NCBI GenBank assembly: GCA_965231145.1
Contig: OZ246420.1
Location: 360,001-392,000, forward strand
Direction of reading: 5' to 3'
Source of the DNA: Candidatus Saccharimonadota bacterium
GTDB taxonomy: Bacteria; Patescibacteriota; Gracilibacteria; Absconditabacterales; Absconditicoccaceae
DNA: 32,000 nt
Shown here: positions 29,638 through 32,000 of the stretch, piece after piece
Layout: each line of letters opens with the position of its first letter
Position numbering within the stretch: the first letter of the stretch is position 1
The notes under the pieces: generated by a model
What the model was told of the DNA's origin: nothing
What the model saw: the letters and a program-made list of their open reading frames with translations, nothing else
The model's database searches: none
Position numbers and translations under genes: made by a program

Positions 29638-29662
29638 TATTTATTTCATTTGTTATGTATCG

Positions 29663-30688
29663 ATGGATACAAAAAAGATTCTTACAGAGCTTGCCGCTGT
29701 AGCATCATCGAAAGAACTAGACTCTTGGTATGAGGCTTATCTTGGTAAGAAGGGAGAGATAACATTGGCATCTAAAGGGCTATCTGCTCTTTCTCCTGAA
29801 GAGAAAAAAGAGATGGGTCAAAAGCTGAGTGAGGCAAAAAAGAGCGTGACAGAAGCATATGAGCTCAGAGCCGTAGAATTTCAGCGCGAAGCTATCAATG
29901 CTCAGCTTGCTGATGATATCGTAGATATCTCTCTTGAGAAGCCACTGAGCGCGGCATGACATGCTCATCTTTTGCATGCAGAAAGAAGACGTATCGAAGA
30001 GATCTGTCAGGGAATGGGTTTCATTATTGAGTACGGAAAGGATGTGGTAACGAAATATGAAAATTTCTATTCGGTTAATATCCCCGCAACACATCCTGCA
30101 ACTGAAATGCACGATACATATTTTCTTTCTCAATTAGACCCTGACGGAGATAATTTCGTGCTTCGTACACAAACATCTGCGATGCAAAATGATCTCATGA
30201 AGCGCTACGGCGCACCACTGAAAGCGGTTGTTCCGGGAAAAGTATATAGAAATGAGAGTACTGATGCGTCGCATGATACTGTATTCCGACAGCTCGAAGG
30301 AATGGTAATAGATAAAAACATGAGTATTGGACACTGTAAAGAAATGCTCACATCGTTACTTTCTGCTATCTTTGGAAAGAGTATGACGATTAGGATGAGA
30401 CCCGCATATTTCCCTTTCGTAGAACCAGGTTTTGAGATAGATGCGAGTTGTCCTATCTGTGAACAGAAAGGATGTTCGCTTTGTAAGCAGACTGGTTGGA
30501 TTGAGATTGTTGGTGCTGGTATGATTCATCCACGTGTCTTGGAAGAAGGAGGAATAGACAGTAAAGAGTATACTGGATTTGCCTTTGGTATGGGTATCAA
30601 TAGAGTTGTTTCTATCAAATATGCTATAAAGGATATCAGATATTTCACCAATGGTGATCTGAGGTTCCTGAAGAGCTTCTCTGCGTAA
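29663..30688 (+). CDS. pheS: Phenylalanine--tRNA ligase alpha subunit
   Basis: Track ORFs 29663..29959 and 29972..30688 are in one frame, joined by TGA 29957-29959 (...LSAA-G-HAHLL...). Class II motifs: NIPATHPATEMHDTYF, FVLRTQTSAMQ, GKVYRNESTDASHDTVFRQLEG, MRPAYFPFVEPGFEID, GAGMIHPRVL, GFAFGMGINR. Confidence 0.95.
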
Positions 30689-30710
30689 TAGCACTATTCA
30701 CTATAAGAAG

Positions 30711-30734
30711 AGACTGCATCATCAGTCTTTTTTC
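30711..30734 (+). terminator. Rho-independent terminator after pheS
   Basis: AGACTG-catcat-CAGTCT followed by TTTTTT, 23 nt after the pheS stop. Confidence 0.5.
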
Positions 30735-30823
30735 TTATAAAAACTCTCCATTGGCTCAATAATTCTTTACTTTTACCTTTTCTTGTATACGATTGAACTG
30801 GTTTTATATTTGTTTTGATACTT

Positions 30824-31849
30824 ATGAAATACTTTGCACTGGTAACGCGTTGACTTGAAGATATCGCCTTAGAGGACTTACAGGCGAATTTTTCAGATGT
30901 GAAACTTATTTCTCATGCGTATAAGAGAATCATTTTTGAGTATGCAGGAAACCCTGAGGATCTTTTATCTTTGAGATCGGTTGATGATCTCTTTTTTTAT
31001 GTCGATACATTAACCGTAGGTAAGTATAGAGAGACGCTCATAACGCTTAAAGAGTACTTGATGCTTATGAAGTTAGGACATATTACCCAGGCAATTCAGA
31101 AGCTGAGAGGTGCGAAAGAACCATCGTTTTCCGTGTCGGTGAGTAATGTTGGCGACAAGAATTATACGCCAAAAGAAATCAAAGAGATTGCTGTAGCAGG
31201 TATTGGATCCGCTTTTGATTGGCATGAAAGAGAAGATGGAGAGCAATCATGTAATATAAGAATTTTCATCGAAAAAGAGGAGTGTCTGATCGGCGTAAGA
31301 GTCGCGGCTGCGCCGCTCCATAGAAGAGAGTATAAGACAGCGACGCTGCCTGGGTCGCTGAAAGCACCGATTGCTTATGCAATGCTGAAAGTTGCTGGAG
31401 TAAAACAAGGTTCTGTCGTCCTTGATCCGATGTGCGGAGTAGGAACCATAGTGCTGGAAGCAGCAACGCTGACGAGTAATATTATTGCTGGAGACATGAA
31501 CCAAGAAGCGTTACAGATCGTCCAAGATAGCAATACGACTGATGCAGATATTGCTTTTTGCCAATGGGATGCACGTCACATGTCACTTGATGCTTCATCT
31601 ATAGATCATATTGTGACTAACCTTCCATTTGGAAAACAGATCCCCATAGAGGAGCCGGAAGCATTTTTCTCTGCATTGCTTACAGAGTTTATAAGAGTGC
31701 TTAAACTTAGTGGAAATATCGTGCTTTTAACGATGCATAAGGAGATTGTTTTAAAGGTGTCGACTGAGCTTTGATTGCATATTATTTCTGAAACAGAAAT
31801 TAGTTTATTTTGACTGAACCCGTCAATTCTTCTTATCGAGAAAAAATAG
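30824..31849 (+). CDS. THUMP-domain SAM-dependent RNA methyltransferase (Trm14/RlmL-N-like, UPF0020)
   Basis: ATG 30824 extends track ORF 30899..31774 through TGA 30851-30853 (ALVTR-G-LEDIALEDL). TGAs 31772 and 31811 extend the 3-prime end to TAG 31847-31849. Motif I is VLDPMCGVGTIVLEAA and motif IV is IVTNLPFG. Confidence 0.8.
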
Positions 31850-32000
31850 TTATCTCTTCTGTCTATTGAGTGGTCTTTCTGGCAAAAAAGCCTTGTATTC
31901 TTTAAAATTTTGGTTACATTGTAGATATAGTATCATTAATTTAGATTTTGTCAACTAATTGCTATGAGAGATACATTGAAGTTTATTATTCAGGTAGCCG

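Noticed and set aside
1-32000. TGA read as tryptophan (table 4, Mycoplasma/Spiroplasma-type) instead of glycine
   Set aside because: At every conserved site I could judge, the expected residue is Gly, not Trp. Examples are SecD LDIAG-G, the MoxR AG-G-H site ahead of Walker A, Nfo SIA-GG, SEDS SA-GG-S, PSP1 G-RCG and RsuA-type E-G-xxR. Trp is abundantly encoded by TGG, for example in all the SWSTW units.
1-32000. Fragmented ORFs interpreted as pseudogenes or a decaying genome
   Set aside because: All interruptions are TGA only. No frameshifts are needed, frames are kept for up to 3.9 kb, and true TAA/TAG stops occur only at sensible gene ends followed by terminators or the next start codon.
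31963-32000. Possible start of a further plus-strand gene (MRDTLKFIIQVA...)
   Set aside because: Only 12 codons are visible before the window ends, which is too little to support a call.

Overview
AT-rich bacterial window in which TGA is a sense codon for glycine (translation table 25, the code known from Gracilibacteria/BD1-5 and Absconditabacteria/SR1, both CPR lineages). The supplied ORF track used the standard code, so most real genes appear as 2-10 same-frame fragments. I re-stitched them by hand: every junction is TGA, never TAA or TAG, and the TGA repeatedly falls on invariant glycines of recognisable families. This gives about 29 CDS plus 2 tRNA-Arg genes. Housekeeping genes, in order: gmk (partial), DUF167, MoxR ATPase, RluA-type and RsuA-type pseudouridine synthases, secD, PSP1/RicT, nrdR, FtsQ-like, DUF212, nfo, ruvC, an FtsW/RodA SEDS protein, pheS and a THUMP methyltransferase. 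There are also TPR proteins, several membrane proteins and a 1183-aa polytopic membrane protein of unknown function. The standout is an 8.6-kb minus-strand block (20085..28718) bracketed by the two tRNA-Arg genes. It holds a small lipoprotein and two tandem paralogous giant secreted proteins (1313 and 1222 aa). Each giant protein has a signal peptide, a plant-like LRR N-cap, 12 or about 19 LRRs of 24 residues with an SWSTWT signature, DUF11-type Ig-like repeats and a shared SLH-like C-terminal module. I read them as candidate host- or prey-attachment surface proteins. Other points worth a second look are a HEPN-like (Rx4H) + CBS-pair fusion next to a tRNA, a tRNA-Arg(GCG)/tRNA-Arg(UCG) pair implying inosine-independent CGN decoding, and a membrane-tethered MoxR. 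All calls rest on manual translation and motif recognition; no database search was run.
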